From an uncultured Bifidobacteriaceae bacterium (GTDB taxonomy: Bacteria > Verrucomicrobiota > Verrucomicrobiia > Limisphaerales > UBA11358), in contig CAZHIM010000012.1 in NCBI GenBank assembly GCA_964532525.1, positions 15,459-79,458 on the forward strand: a DNA stretch of 64,000 nt, read 5' to 3'. Of the stretch, positions 48,887 to 59,669 are shown in pieces. The position numbers and the translations under genes were made by a program. Each line of letters begins with the position of its first letter. Position 1 is the first letter of the stretch. Below the pieces are notes generated by a model that saw only the letters and a list, made by a program, of their open reading frames with translations, was not told the origin of the DNA and made no database searches.

Positions 48887-48973
48887 CGGGCTGGTGCGGC
48901 TCCGATTGAAGCGAGGGGACGTCGCGGTTCGCGCCGGCATCTCAGCTTTTAGACGCCCGACGGCCGACTTTTT

Positions 48974-49160
48974 GTTCCGAAGGAACAATCGAAAATAGCC
49001 CGGCAATTCATTGCCGGGGGTGCGGCAATCGGTTGTCGAGTCCCAGCGGGACGGCTGAAAAGAGAATACGATTCCATCCGTCCCGCTGGGACTTGCCGCC
49101 AAGCCAGCCCACCCACCCCCAATAAATTGGGGGGCTATTGTCAAAAAGTCCCTTCGGGAC
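48974..49160. repeat. Nested palindromic REP-like element (GTCCC...GGGAC type)
   Basis: Inverted pairs AGTCCCAGCGGGACGG/CCGTCCCGCTGGGACT and AATAGCCC/GGGCTATT; terminal mini-hairpins GTTCCGAAGGAAC and GTCCCTTCGGGAC. Confidence 0.8.
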
Positions 49161-49263
49161 TCCGTCAATTCGTTCCGCTCCCTCGCTCAAAACGGTGGCC
49201 CACGGCTGCGGCCGGGAAAGATTTCCATTGAATTGTCCGGGCGGAACGGCTTGATATGAGGCC

Positions 49264-50790
49264 GTGCAACGCCGCTGGAAAATTCTGCTCGCCGCCATCG
49301 GCTTGTTGGTCCTGATCGCCGCGGGCTTCTGGCTCGGCGGCCACGTTCAACCCGCGAGTGAGCTGGCCGCCTACCGGCAATTCCTGCGCACCAAGGGTGA
49401 GAAGCTGGAATTGGCGGAAGTCCTTCCCCCACCCGTCCCTGCCGAAAGCAACTCCGTTGTCGCGGTGGAGGAAGCGTTTGGTTTGTATGGCTCCAGTATT
49501 GATAATCTTCCCTATGCGATGCAGATGGTGGCTCCCGGCAAGGCGTTGATCGGCTGGGCGCAACCGGACGCCCGCAATTCAGACTTCACAAACTCCTGGG
49601 ATGAGTTTGCCGCCGAGATCGAGGCCGACCGTCCGGCCATCGAGCTGTTGCATCAGGTTTTGGAACGGCCCAAACTGGATTTTTACCTGGATTACAAAAA
49701 AAACGCCGCGATGCTGCTACTACCCCACCTCGCCCCGCTGAAACATTCCGCGCAAAAACTGGAGGCTGCCACCGCCCTGGACTTGCACGACGGGAACACT
49801 GGCGCAGCGGCAACCAATATTCTCACCCTCCTGGCGCTGATTCACAACAACGCGGGGGAAGGGCTGCTGATTTCGCATTTAGTCCGGATTGCCATGGCGA
49901 GCATAGCCATCACGCCGACATGGGAGCTTTTGCAGACCACGAATGTCACGGACGGGCAACTGGCCGCCGTACAAAACGGCTGGCGGCAGATGGACTTTTT
50001 GAGCGATGCGGAAAATAGCTTTGTTACGGAACGGGCTTGGTCATCATCAGAATTCCAGAGGCTCCGCGACTTGCCTCCGGCAGCCTCCACGAGCAGCTCC
50101 GGCATTTCGTCCGGCAGCGGCGGCGGACTGATTGACTGGGAATCCATCACCGAAGGCCCGCGCAACACCATCGGCGCGGTGATGTGGCGGTACTCCTGGA
50201 GCTATTCGGAAGAATTACGCACGATTAAAAGCGATCAAATCGTCCTGGAGGCGGTACGGGCGATGCGGACAAACCAGAGCCAGTTTTACAAACCGGATTA
50301 CGATTCAATGGCGTCACGTTTGGCGTCGCTGGGTGTCATTGACGCGGGCAAGACCTTTTTTCGCGCGCTGAAAATCCCCAACCTCAATGACGAGTTTGGA
50401 GGCTGGGGAGGTTTAAACACCGCACTGCGCAAAGCGCTGCGGATCGAGGCCGCGCGCCGCGTCGTGATAACCGCAATTGCCCTGAAACGGTTTCAGTTGA
50501 AACATGGCCACTGGCCCGAAACGTCCGGTGAACTCGTGCCGGAATTCCTGCCGTCCGTGCCTATCGACCCGTACGACGGAAAATCTTTGAAGTATCATCC
50601 GAATTCTGACGGCACCTTCCTGCTCTATTCCGTCGGCGAAGACGGCGTGGACGACGGCGGGAACCCCACGAACACCGCTTCCGGCAGTTCCAGCCTTTAC
50701 TGGCAAAGCGACCACGCCCGCGACTGGGTCTGGCCCCAGCCCGCCACGCCGACCGAAGTGCAAAATTTTTACGAGCACCCGCCCCGGTGA
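49264..50790 (+). CDS. Hypothetical membrane-anchored periplasmic protein with pseudopilin-G-like C-terminal motif
   Basis: N-terminal TM; LKRFQLKHGHWPETSGELVPEFLPSVPIDPYDG...LYSVGEDGVDDGG. Confidence 0.65.
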   Translation: MQRRWKILLAAIGLLVLIAAGFWLGGHVQPASELAAYRQFLRTKGEKLELAEVLPPPVPAESNSVVAVEEAFGLYGSSIDNLPYAMQMVAPGKALIGWAQPDARNSDFTNSWDEFAAEIEADRPAIELLHQVLERPKLDFYLDYKKNAAMLLLPHLAPLKHSAQKLEAATALDLHDGNTGAAATNILTLLALIHNNAGEGLLISHLVRIAMASIAITPTWELLQTTNVTDGQLAAVQNGWRQMDFLSDAENSFVTERAWSSSEFQRLRDLPPAASTSSSGISSGSGGGLIDWESITEGPRNTIGAVMWRYSWSYSEELRTIKSDQIVLEAVRAMRTNQSQFYKPDYDSMASRLASLGVIDAGKTFFRALKIPNLNDEFGGWGGLNTALRKALRIEAARRVVITAIALKRFQLKHGHWPETSGELVPEFLPSVPIDPYDGKSLKYHPNSDGTFLLYSVGEDGVDDGGNPTNTASGSSSLYWQSDHARDWVWPQPATPTEVQNFYEHPPR

Positions 50791-50796
50791 TTTTTG

Positions 50797-50907
50797 GTAG
50801 CGCAGGTCTCCGAACCTGCTGTATCGCGGGTTTCCAACCCGCAGGCCGTCTGCCGGCTCGACGCGCTCGAACTGGCCACGCGCCGCCGATTTGGAAATCG
50901 GCGCTAC
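50797..50907 (+). repeat. GTAG REP doublet, family A copy 3 (shorter, 111 bp)
   Basis: GTAGCGCAG...CCTGCTGTATCGCGGGTTTCCAACCCGC...GCCGATTTGGAAATCGGCGCTAC. Confidence 0.85.
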
Positions 50908-51000
50908 GGACGTGGCGTTCCTTGAATCTGTCGCGCCCCGGTGATTTGCGGCTTTCCAAGGCGCGCAATTTCGCGTAATTAGCGGGCTCAATTATTTCCG

Positions 51001-51654
51001 ATGCTCAAAGCCATCATCCAGCCGCTGCTCACCTGGTATCAGAACTCGCTCGCCACGGACGGCTATCCGCTGGTGGCCCTGCTCATGGCCATGGAAAGCT
51101 CCGTCCTGCCGCTCCCCAGCGAGTTTGTCATTCCGCCCGCCGCCCACTTGGCCTACACGCACCAAGTTCCCCTGACGCTGTGGGGTCTCGTGATTGCCGG
51201 AGCGCTGGGCTCGTGGCTGGGCGCCACCATTATGTACTGGGCGGCGCGCCTGGCCGGCCGGCCGCTGGTGCTGCGCTATGGCAGCTACATTTTCATTCCG
51301 CCGCAAAAAGTCCAGGGCGCGGAACGCTGGGCGGCCCACTTCGGCGGCATGGGAATTTTCATTTCGCGCTTTCTGCCCGTGGTGCGGCATCTCATCGGCA
51401 TTCCGGCCGGCATCGTGCGGATGGGCTACTGGAAATATTCCGCCTACACGCTGCTCGGTTCGGCCATCTGGTGCAGCGCCCTCTGCTGGCTGGGCGTCAC
51501 GGCCGGGCAGGAGCAGATGAAACACGAGTACCACCGCCTGACCCTGCTGCTGGCCGGGACCATGCTTGTGCTGGGCGCGCTCTATTATTTCTTTGTGCAC
51601 CGGCACATGCATCAGAAGCCCGGGACGCCCAAGGCGCCGCCCGGCCCGGCTTGA
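51001..51654 (+). CDS. DedA family membrane protein
   Basis: [36 protein letters not shown]. Confidence 0.93.
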   Translation: MLKAIIQPLLTWYQNSLATDGYPLVALLMAMESSVLPLPSEFVIPPAAHLAYTHQVPLTLWGLVIAGALGSWLGATIMYWAARLAGRPLVLRYGSYIFIPPQKVQGAERWAAHFGGMGIFISRFLPVVRHLIGIPAGIVRMGYWKYSAYTLLGSAIWCSALCWLGVTAGQEQMKHEYHRLTLLLAGTMLVLGALYYFFVHRHMHQKPGTPKAPPGPA

Positions 51655-51829
51655 ACCGGGGAGGGGACGGCTCGTCCCCTCAGTCTGTCCAAGGCGCTTG
51701 GTTGATTGCGCCGCCCGGCCGAGTTTGATACAAATAAAGCCGTTACGTTCACGCCGGTCTCGCTCGTTCCATTTTTTATGGCGTCGGGCCGGATCACGGG
51801 TCTCGGGACTGCCGCGTAATTTAACGAAC

Positions 51830-53287
51830 ATGCTCAATCAGCTCACCATTTCCGAACTGACGGCGAAGCTCGCCCGGCGGGACGTCTCCGCCCGCGAGGC
51901 CACCCAGGCCTGCCTCGACCAAATCGCGCGCGTGGACGGCAAAATCCACGCCTTCCTGAGCTACGACGCCGCCGATGCCCTCGCCCAGGCCGACGCGGCC
52001 GACCAATTGCGCGCGCACGATGCCGCCCGCCGTCCCCTGCTCGGCGTGCCCATCGCGATGAAGGACGTGCTGGCCGTGAAAAATCAGCCGCTGAACTGCG
52101 GCTCGAAAATTCTCGGCAAATACATTTCCCCCTACGACGCCACCGCCGTGGAAAAATTGAAGGCGGCGGGCGCGATCGTCTTTGGCCGCCTGAACATGGA
52201 CGAGTTTGCCATGGGCAGCTCCACGGAAAATTCCGCCTTTGGCCCCACACGCAATCCCTGGGACACCACCCGCATTCCGGGCGGGTCCTCCGGCGGTTCC
52301 GCGGCGGCCGTGGCGGCGGACGAATGCCTGGCCGCGCTCGGTTCGGACACCGGCGGCTCCATCCGCCAGCCCGCCGCCCTGTGCGGCTGCGTGGGCCTCA
52401 AACCCACTTACGGGCGCGTTTCCCGCTATGGCCTGGTGGCCTTTGCCAGCTCGCTCGACCAGATCGGACCGTTTACCAAGGACGTGCGCGATGCCGCCAC
52501 CCTGCTGGGCGTTTTGAGCGGACACGACCGGCGCGACTCCACCAGCGTGCCGCAACCGGTGCCCGACTACGCCGCCGCGCTCACCGGCGACATCCGGGGC
52601 CTCAAGCTGGGCCTGCCCAAGGAATACCTGGTGGGCGGCCTGGACCCCGAGGTGAAGGCGGCCGTGGACGCCGCCGTGAAGAAATTCACCGAACTCGGCG
52701 CCGAGATCGTGGAGATTTCCCTGCCCCACACCGACTACGCCGTGGCCACGTACTACATCATCGCCACCGCGGAAGCCTCGGCCAACCTCGCGCGCTTCGA
52801 CGGCGTGCGCTATGGCGCGCGGGTGGACGGCGCGAATCCCGGCGAGCTTTACGCCCGCACGCGCGGCGCGGGTTTTGGCGCCGAAGTGAAGCGCCGCATC
52901 ATCCTCGGCACCTATGTGCTCAGCAGCGGCTACTACGACGCCTATTATTTGCGGGCCCAAAAAGTCCGCACCCTCATCCGGAACGACTTCTTGAAGGCGT
53001 TTGAAACCGTCAACGCCATCATCACCCCCACCACGCCCACGCCGGCGTTCAAGGTGGGCGAGAAATCCGACGATCCGTTGCAGATGTACCTCTCGGACAT
53101 TTTCACGATTTCCTGCAACCTGGCGGGCATTTGCGGCGTGAGCGTGCCGTGCGGATTCTCCGCCAGCCCGCGCCTCCCGCTGGGATTGCAATTGCTGGGC
53201 CAGCCCTTCGGGGAAGCGGCCCTCCTGCGCCTGGCGCACGCTTTTGAGCAGTCCACGCCCTGGCACAAAGAAAGAGCGGCGGTGTGA
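51830..53287 (+). CDS. gatA: Asp/Glu-tRNA amidotransferase subunit A
   Basis: [59 protein letters not shown]. Confidence 0.97.
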   Translation: MLNQLTISELTAKLARRDVSAREATQACLDQIARVDGKIHAFLSYDAADALAQADAADQLRAHDAARRPLLGVPIAMKDVLAVKNQPLNCGSKILGKYISPYDATAVEKLKAAGAIVFGRLNMDEFAMGSSTENSAFGPTRNPWDTTRIPGGSSGGSAAAVAADECLAALGSDTGGSIRQPAALCGCVGLKPTYGRVSRYGLVAFASSLDQIGPFTKDVRDAATLLGVLSGHDRRDSTSVPQPVPDYAAALTGDIRGLKLGLPKEYLVGGLDPEVKAAVDAAVKKFTELGAEIVEISLPHTDYAVATYYIIATAEASANLARFDGVRYGARVDGANPGELYARTRGAGFGAEVKRRIILGTYVLSSGYYDAYYLRAQKVRTLIRNDFLKAFETVNAIITPTTPTPAFKVGEKSDDPLQMYLSDIFTISCNLAGICGVSVPCGFSASPRLPLGLQLLGQPFGEAALLRLAHAFEQSTPWHKERAAV

Positions 53288-53324
53288 GTCTGCCGCCCGG
53301 CCGGTCCGCGGGCCTGATTTTTCT

Positions 53325-54170
53325 ATGACCCCAACGCTAAAAACCAAACGCCTGCTGTTTTGGATTGGAATGTCCCTGCCCATGGCCGCCTTGGTCGCCA
53401 TGACCTGGCTGGTCCACCAAGCCGGCGGCCAGTTCAACAATTCGTTCAACTGGGTGCTCCAGAATTACAAGGTCCTCGACAAATTCGAGCAGACCCAGTC
53501 CCACATCGTGGATGCCGAAGCCAACCAGCGCGGCTTTCTCCTGACCGGCAAGCAGGAATACGTGGAGCCCTACCAGGCCGCCATGGCCTCGATCCGCGAC
53601 GACCTGGTGGATTTGAAGAAGCTGACCGCCGGCGACCCGGCGCAACAGGTCAATATTGTGGACTTGGAACAGTTGATCGCGGCCGAACTGGTGTTCGATC
53701 CGGCCACCGCCTTTTCCTCCGGCCAGTTCCAGACCAACGCCTCCGTCGTGAGCCTCACCGCGCGCGGCAAACACAAAATCGAGGATCTCCGGCACGTGTT
53801 GTTTCTGGCCCGCGAGGAACAGGAGCACTCCCTCAGCAAGCACCAGCAGGAAGCCGAAAACGAGGTCGTCTCCGGCCAGATCATGTCGCTCGTCCTGATC
53901 GGCGCCGTCGCCGTGGCCCTGATTTTCATCGTCATGATCTTGCTGCGTTTGGAACGGCTCCAGCGGTTTGTCACCGTCTGCGCCTGGACCGGCCAGGTCA
54001 AGTTCCAGGGCGAGTGGATGCGCCTGGACCAATTCCTGGAACGGCAGTTTGGCATCTCCGTGTCCCACAGCCTCTCGCAGGAGGCGGCCGAGAAAATGAT
54101 GCGCGAGATCGAGGATCTCAGCCGCCCGGCGCCCGGCCAGAAAAAGCGCCCGTCGCCGCCGCCCGTCTAA
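53325..54170 (+). CDS. CHASE3-domain membrane protein without a kinase output
   Basis: TM-DAEANQRGFLLTG..Y.EPY-TM, then short tail VTVCAWT...SHSLS. Confidence 0.75.
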   Translation: MTPTLKTKRLLFWIGMSLPMAALVAMTWLVHQAGGQFNNSFNWVLQNYKVLDKFEQTQSHIVDAEANQRGFLLTGKQEYVEPYQAAMASIRDDLVDLKKLTAGDPAQQVNIVDLEQLIAAELVFDPATAFSSGQFQTNASVVSLTARGKHKIEDLRHVLFLAREEQEHSLSKHQQEAENEVVSGQIMSLVLIGAVAVALIFIVMILLRLERLQRFVTVCAWTGQVKFQGEWMRLDQFLERQFGISVSHSLSQEAAEKMMREIEDLSRPAPGQKKRPSPPPV

Positions 54171-54202
54171 AATGTTGCGGCTGATTTTTAAGATTGATTC
54201 AT

Positions 54203-54220
54203 AGTAACTGCTCGGTTACT
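54203..54220. promoter_or_regulatory. Candidate TetR operator
   Basis: AGTAACTG-CT-CGGTTACT inverted repeat (one mismatch) 10 nt upstream of the tetR ATG. Confidence 0.6.
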
Positions 54221-54230
54221 TGTGGGGCGC

Positions 54231-54875
54231 ATGAATCAGAATCACAAGCCCGCTGCCACCACCCGCGACCCCAAACGCACGCGCCGCCGCATCCTGGCCG
54301 CCGCGCTCGCGGAATTTTCCACCAAGGGCTTCGCCGGCGCCCGGGTGGACGCGATCGCCCGCCGCACCCGGGGCAACAAGCGCATGCTCTACCACTATTT
54401 TGGCAACAAGGCCGCGCTGTTCGCCGCCGTCCTCCGCTACAAGACGACCCAGCGCCACTCTTGGGCCGCCGCCGCGCCCCACGACCCGATGAAGCGCCTG
54501 CCCTTGTGGTTCCAGACCGCCTGCGCCGACCTCGACTGGATCCGCCTGCTCCAGTGGGAGGCCCTGGAGCGCCCCGCCAAAACCATGGTCAACGGCCGGG
54601 AGCGCCGGACCGCCGCCACTACCTGCCTGCGCCGTCTGCGCCGCCAGCAGTTGGCCGGTCAGTTGTCGGCCGCCTTCGACCTGCGCCACGTGGCCCTGGC
54701 CATGCAGTCGCTGGCCGTCTTTCCGGTCGCCTTTCCCCAGATCGTCCGCCTGACCACCGGCCAGTCGCTCGATGATCCTAAATTTCAAACCGCCTACCGC
54801 AAGTTCCTGAAGGAATTCGCGGCGGCCTTCCGTCCGGCCAACGGCGGAAAAAAACTGGAATTGATCCGGCAGTGA
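54231..54875 (+). CDS. TetR/AcrR family transcriptional regulator
   Basis: ILAAALAEFSTKGFAGARVDAIA...MLYHYFGNK. Confidence 0.93.
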   Translation: MNQNHKPAATTRDPKRTRRRILAAALAEFSTKGFAGARVDAIARRTRGNKRMLYHYFGNKAALFAAVLRYKTTQRHSWAAAAPHDPMKRLPLWFQTACADLDWIRLLQWEALERPAKTMVNGRERRTAATTCLRRLRRQQLAGQLSAAFDLRHVALAMQSLAVFPVAFPQIVRLTTGQSLDDPKFQTAYRKFLKEFAAAFRPANGGKKLELIRQ

Positions 54876-55981
54876 AAAAACTTTCCCCCATTCCCCTCCT
54901 GTTGCTGGCCGCGTTTTGGGCCGGCGGCTGCAACCGCCCGGCCGCCCCCCGGCCGCGCGACCCCGTGTCCGTGCTCACCGCGCGGGCCGGCACCACCAAC
55001 ATCCCCGTGCTCATCGCCCCGCCCCCCGTCGGCCATGTCACCCCCATTTCGTGCGTGACCATCCGCTCCCAGATCGGCGGCACCATCAGCACCGTCAATT
55101 TCAAGGAGGGCCAGGAAGTCCAGCCCGGCGACCTTCTCTTTACCATTGACGCCCGCCCCATGCAGGCCGCCCTGGAACAGGCCCGGGCCAATCTGGAACG
55201 CGACCGCGCCCAATTGAAGAATTCCAAAATCCAGTTCGATCGCGAACAGAAACTCTTCGATCAAAAGCTCGTTTCCCAAGATGAATTCGACACCAGCCGC
55301 AGTTCCCAGGACGCGCTGGTGGGCACCGTGGCGGCCGATGAGGCGGCCGTGACCAATGCGCTGCTGAACCTCGAGTTCACCCGCATCTGCTCGCCCATCC
55401 AGGGCCGCACCGGCGCGCTCCAGTTTCACGAGGGCAACGTCGTCAAGGCGCCCGACGACGTGTTGCTGACCATCAACCAGATCCATCCCATCTACGCCGT
55501 GTTCTCCGTGCCCGAGCGCTACCTGCCCGTCATCCAGCGCCAGGCGCGCGACCGCACCCTCCCCGTCTTCGCCAGTTTTGAAAACATGGAGGAGGCACCG
55601 CCGCGCGGCGAGCTGACGTTCCTCGACAATTCCGTGGACCCCACCACCGGCATGATCCAGTTGCGCGCCACCTTCCCCAACGCGCGCAGCCTGCTGTGGC
55701 CCGGACAGTTCGTGAGCCTCTCCTTGCAGCTCGATGAATTGACCAACGCCGTCGTGGTGCCCTCGCAGGCCGTGCAAACCGGCCAGAACGGCCAGTTCAC
55801 CTATGTCGTGAAGCCGGACCAGACCGTGGAAGTGCGCCCCGTGCAGGCAGGCATCACCTATCACGGCCTCACGGTCGTCGCTTCCGGCGTCAGCGCCGGC
55901 GAAACCGTCGTCACTGACGGCCAGTTGCGGCTCACGTCCGGCGCGGTGGTGGCCGATAAAACGCAAGCGGCGGCGAAATAA
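54872..55981 (+). CDS. MdtA-like RND periplasmic adaptor
   Basis: Lipobox-like N-terminus; FKEGQEVQPGDLLFTID, VDPTTGMIQLRATFPN, LWPGQFV; GTGA overlap with tetR. Confidence 0.92.
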   Translation: MKKLSPIPLLLLAAFWAGGCNRPAAPRPRDPVSVLTARAGTTNIPVLIAPPPVGHVTPISCVTIRSQIGGTISTVNFKEGQEVQPGDLLFTIDARPMQAALEQARANLERDRAQLKNSKIQFDREQKLFDQKLVSQDEFDTSRSSQDALVGTVAADEAAVTNALLNLEFTRICSPIQGRTGALQFHEGNVVKAPDDVLLTINQIHPIYAVFSVPERYLPVIQRQARDRTLPVFASFENMEEAPPRGELTFLDNSVDPTTGMIQLRATFPNARSLLWPGQFVSLSLQLDELTNAVVVPSQAVQTGQNGQFTYVVKPDQTVEVRPVQAGITYHGLTVVASGVSAGETVVTDGQLRLTSGAVVADKTQAAAK

Positions 55982-55991
55982 CCAATTCGCC

Positions 55992-58900
55992 ATGAACATC
56001 CCGGAACTGTTCATCCGCCGCCCGATCATGACCACGCTGGTCATGTTTGGCATCCTGCTGTTTGGCCTCGTCGGTTTTCATCAACTGCCGGTGAGCGATC
56101 TGCCCAGCGTGGACTATCCCACGATCGCCGTTTCGGCCGGCCTGCCCGGCGCCAATCCCGAAACCATGGCCTCCGCGGTGGCCACCCCGCTGGAAAAGCA
56201 ATTCTGCACCATCCCGGGCGTGGACTCCATGTCCTCCGTCAGTTCGCTCGGCTCCGCGCAGATCACCATTCAGTTCTCGCTGGACCGCAACATAGACGCC
56301 GCGGCGCAGGATGTGCAGGCCGCCATCGCCAAGGCCGCGCGCCAGTTGCCCACGCAGATGCCCTCGCCGCCCACCTACAGCAAGGTCAACCCCGCCGACT
56401 CGCCCGTGCTCTTCCTGGCCATGACCTCGCCCACGCTGCCGCTCTCCACCGTGGACGACTACGCGGAAAACCTCATGGCCCAGCGCATCTCCATGGTCAG
56501 CGGCGTGGCCCAGGTCTCCGTCTATGGCTCGCAGCAATACGCCGTCCGCATCCAGGTGGACCCCAACAAGCTCGCCGCCTACGGCCTGGGCATTGACACC
56601 GTGGAACAAGCCGTGGAGGCCGGCAACGTCAACCAGCCCCTCGGCACGCTCTACGGCACCCACCAGTCCTTCACCATCCAGGCCAACGGCCAGCTCAAAA
56701 CCGCCGCCGCCTACCGGCCGCTGATTGTCGCCTATCGCAACGGTAATCCCGTGCGCCTCCAGGAGCTCGGCAGCGTGCTCGACAGCGTGCAAAACGACAA
56801 GACCGCCGCCTGGTACCGGGACACCCGCGGCATCGTCCTGGCCATCCAGCGCCAGCCCGGCGCCAACACCGTCGAGGTGGTGGACAACATCCTGCGGATG
56901 CTCCCCAAGTTCCGCGACCAGATCCCGGCCGCCGTGAACATTGACACCCTCTTCGACCGTTCCCAGACCATCCGCCACTCCGTCGCCGACGTCGAACACA
57001 CGCTCCTGATCACCGTGGCGCTGGTCGTCATGGTGATCTTTATTTTCCTGCGCAACCTCTCGGCCACGATCATTCCCAGCCTGGCCCTGCCCATGTCCAT
57101 CATCGGCACCTTCGCCGTCATGGCCCTCTTCGGCTACAGCCTGGACAATCTGTCGCTCATGGCCTTGACCCTGTCCGTCGGCTTCGTGGTGGACGACGCC
57201 ATCGTCATGCTGGAAAACATCGTGCGGCACATGGAAAATGGCGAACCGCCCATGCAGGCCGCCTTGCGCGGCTCGCGCGAGATCGGCTTCACCATCATTT
57301 CCATGACCCTCTCGCTCTGCGCGGTGTTCATCCCGGTGCTGTTCATGAGCGGCTTGCTTGGCCGCCTCCTGCACGAATTCGCCGTGACCATCATCTCGGC
57401 TGTGCTCGTGTCGGGCTTCGTCTCCCTCACGCTCACGCCCATGATGTGCAGCCGGTTTGTCCATTCCATGCACGGCCGGCGCCACGGCGCGGTTTACAAC
57501 GCCTTTGAACGATTTTTTGCCGGCCTGCTCGCGCTGTACAGCCGCACCTTGCAGTCGGCGCTGCGGCATCACCGGATCACCCTGGGCGTCGCCGCCGCCA
57601 CGTTCGTCGCCACCGCCGTTCTCTTCCACCTCATGCCCAGCGGCTTTTTCCCCGATGAAGACACCGGGCAGATTATGGCCTTCACCGAGGCCTCCCAGGA
57701 CATTTCCTTCGACGCCATGAAAGAGCACCAGCAGGCGGCCGCCAAAATCGTCATGGCCGACACCAACGTCGCCGGCTTCATGTCTTCGGTGAACTCGGGC
57801 AACCAAGGCCGCATGTTCATGCGCCTCAAGGACCGCAGCCAGCGCCAGTTAAGCGCCAACCAGATCATCCAGGAATTGCGCCCCAAGCTGGCGCAAATTC
57901 CCGGTATCAACGTCATCATGCAAATGCCGCCGCTCATCCGCGTGGGCGGCATGGCGACCAAGGGGCTTTACCAGTTCAGCCTCCAGGACACCGATACCAA
58001 GGAACTGTTCCAGTGGGCGCCCCAGCTCATGGCCAAAATCGCCGAAGACAAGACCACCTTCCAGGACGTCAACAGCGACCTGCAGATCGCCAACCCGCAG
58101 GTGACAGTGGAAATTGACCGCGACAAGGCCTCCGCCCTCGGCGTCACCGCCGAACAGATTGAAAACGGCCTCTACGACGCCTTCGGCGAACGCCAGTCCT
58201 CCACCATTTACACGGACGTGGCCGAATACTGGGTGGTCTTCGAGGTGCTGCCCCAGTTCCAGCGCGACCCAGATGCGCTGGCCCGCCTGTACATCACCAG
58301 CACCTTTACCGATACCAACAACAATCCCAAGCTTGTGCCGCTGAGCGCCGTCGCCAAACTCACGCCCTCGCTTGGTGCCACCACCATTTCCCACGTGGGC
58401 CAGTTGCCCTCCGTGACCATTTCCTTCAACCTGCCGCCCGGCGTGGCCCTGGGCACGGCCGTCCAAAAAATCCGCAGCCTGTCCGACGCCATGCAACTGC
58501 CCGCCACCATCAGCGCCAGCTTCCAGGGCTCCGCGGCCGTCTTCCAATCGTCCTCCAGCGGCATGGGCTGGCTGCTGGTTACGGCCATTCTCGTCATCTA
58601 TATCGTGCTCGGCATCCTGTACGAAAGCTTCATCCATCCGCTCACCATTCTGTCCGGCCTGCCCTCGGCCGGCTTCGGAGCCCTGCTGACGCTCTATTTG
58701 TTCCACTTGGACCTGAACATCTACGGCTTTGTGGGCCTCATCATGCTCGTCGGCATCGTGAAGAAAAACGCCATCATGATGATTGACTTCGCCATTGATG
58801 CGCAGCACCAGGGCAAGACACCCTACGACGCCATCTACGAAGGCTGCCGGCTGCGCTTCCGACCCATCATGATGACCACCATGTCCGCCCTCATGGCCTC

Positions 58901-59096
58901 GCTGCCCATCGCGCTGGGCCTGGGGGCCGGCGGCGAATCGCGCCGCGCGCTCGGCCTGGCCGTCACCGGCGGCCTGCTGGTTTCCCAACTGCTGACCCTT
59001 TACATCACGCCCGTGGTTTACCTCTATCTCGAGTCCTTCCAGCAGCGTTTCCTGCGCCGCGCCCCCGTCCCGGCCGCCGCCACCGCCCCTGCCTGA
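55992..59096 (+). CDS. MdtB/MdtC-like RND permease (HAE1)
   Basis: FIRRPIMTTL, KVNPADSP, GFVVDDAIVMLENI, GIVKKNAIMMIDFA, RFRPIMMTT. Confidence 0.95.
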   Translation: MNIPELFIRRPIMTTLVMFGILLFGLVGFHQLPVSDLPSVDYPTIAVSAGLPGANPETMASAVATPLEKQFCTIPGVDSMSSVSSLGSAQITIQFSLDRNIDAAAQDVQAAIAKAARQLPTQMPSPPTYSKVNPADSPVLFLAMTSPTLPLSTVDDYAENLMAQRISMVSGVAQVSVYGSQQYAVRIQVDPNKLAAYGLGIDTVEQAVEAGNVNQPLGTLYGTHQSFTIQANGQLKTAAAYRPLIVAYRNGNPVRLQELGSVLDSVQNDKTAAWYRDTRGIVLAIQRQPGANTVEVVDNILRMLPKFRDQIPAAVNIDTLFDRSQTIRHSVADVEHTLLITVALVVMVIFIFLRNLSATIIPSLALPMSIIGTFAVMALFGYSLDNLSLMALTLSVGFVVDDAIVMLENIVRHMENGEPPMQAALRGSREIGFTIISMTLSLCAVFIPVLFMSGLLGRLLHEFAVTIISAVLVSGFVSLTLTPMMCSRFVHSMHGRRHGAVYNAFERFFAGLLALYSRTLQSALRHHRITLGVAAATFVATAVLFHLMPSGFFPDEDTGQIMAFTEASQDISFDAMKEHQQAAAKIVMADTNVAGFMSSVNSGNQGRMFMRLKDRSQRQLSANQIIQELRPKLAQIPGINVIMQMPPLIRVGGMATKGLYQFSLQDTDTKELFQWAPQLMAKIAEDKTTFQDVNSDLQIANPQVTVEIDRDKASALGVTAEQIENGLYDAFGERQSSTIYTDVAEYWVVFEVLPQFQRDPDALARLYITSTFTDTNNNPKLVPLSAVAKLTPSLGATTISHVGQLPSVTISFNLPPGVALGTAVQKIRSLSDAMQLPATISASFQGSAAVFQSSSSGMGWLLVTAILVIYIVLGILYESFIHPLTILSGLPSAGFGALLTLYLFHLDLNIYGFVGLIMLVGIVKKNAIMMIDFAIDAQHQGKTPYDAIYEGCRLRFRPIMMTTMSALMASLPIALGLGAGGESRRALGLAVTGGLLVSQLLTLYITPVVYLYLESFQQRFLRRAPVPAAATAPA

Positions 59097-59589
59097 CCCA
59101 TCGCGCCGCCACCCGGCGCCGGCCAGGGCCGGCGCCGCAGCGTCAGTGAACGCCGGAGGCGTTCTGGAATTAGCCGGGGGTTGAGCGACCACCGGGAGCG
59201 ATTACCCCCGGAAAACGCCTCCCGTTGTCCCCGCACCCCGGATTCCGGCTCACTTCATTTCGTGGAGGAGTTGATCCAGCATAAGCACATGTTCAAGTAT
59301 TCCCTTTCCTCCGACGCCACAAATTCGCCCAAATTAAGTGGTGCGGTGATCATCAACCAAGAGGACAATGCCACCTTCGCGTGCCCGGGTTTTGCCTGGG
59401 ACTGACCTTTATCCTGCTTGTCTTAACACTCCTCTGGCCACCGGCGCAAAAATCACGTTCCCGCGCGTAAGTCGTGGCCGCATCTCGTGAGAGTGCGGCT
59501 GACTCCTTCCCCACTCTCAATCACCCAGTCGGCAATGTCGTCCTCTGCGCGCTCCCTTCTCCGCATCTCTGCGGTATGGTTAAGCCGCC

Positions 59590-59627
59590 GGCATCAAGGG
59601 GGCAAACTAAGTTACCCCCTTGATGCC
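59590..59627. terminator. 16-bp inverted repeat (one mismatch) between convergent RND and PEP-CTERM genes
   Basis: GGCATCAAGGGGGCAA-ACTAAG-TTACCCCCTTGATGCC; no clear U-tract. Confidence 0.45.
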
Positions 59628-59669
59628 CAGACTATGATTTTGATCTTAGCCCGCTAAAAACTGTCCCGA

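Noticed and set aside
59181-59405. 74-aa ORF after the RND permease
   Set aside because: 5' part is palindromic repeat DNA with a TTG start; the remainder is unrecognisable.
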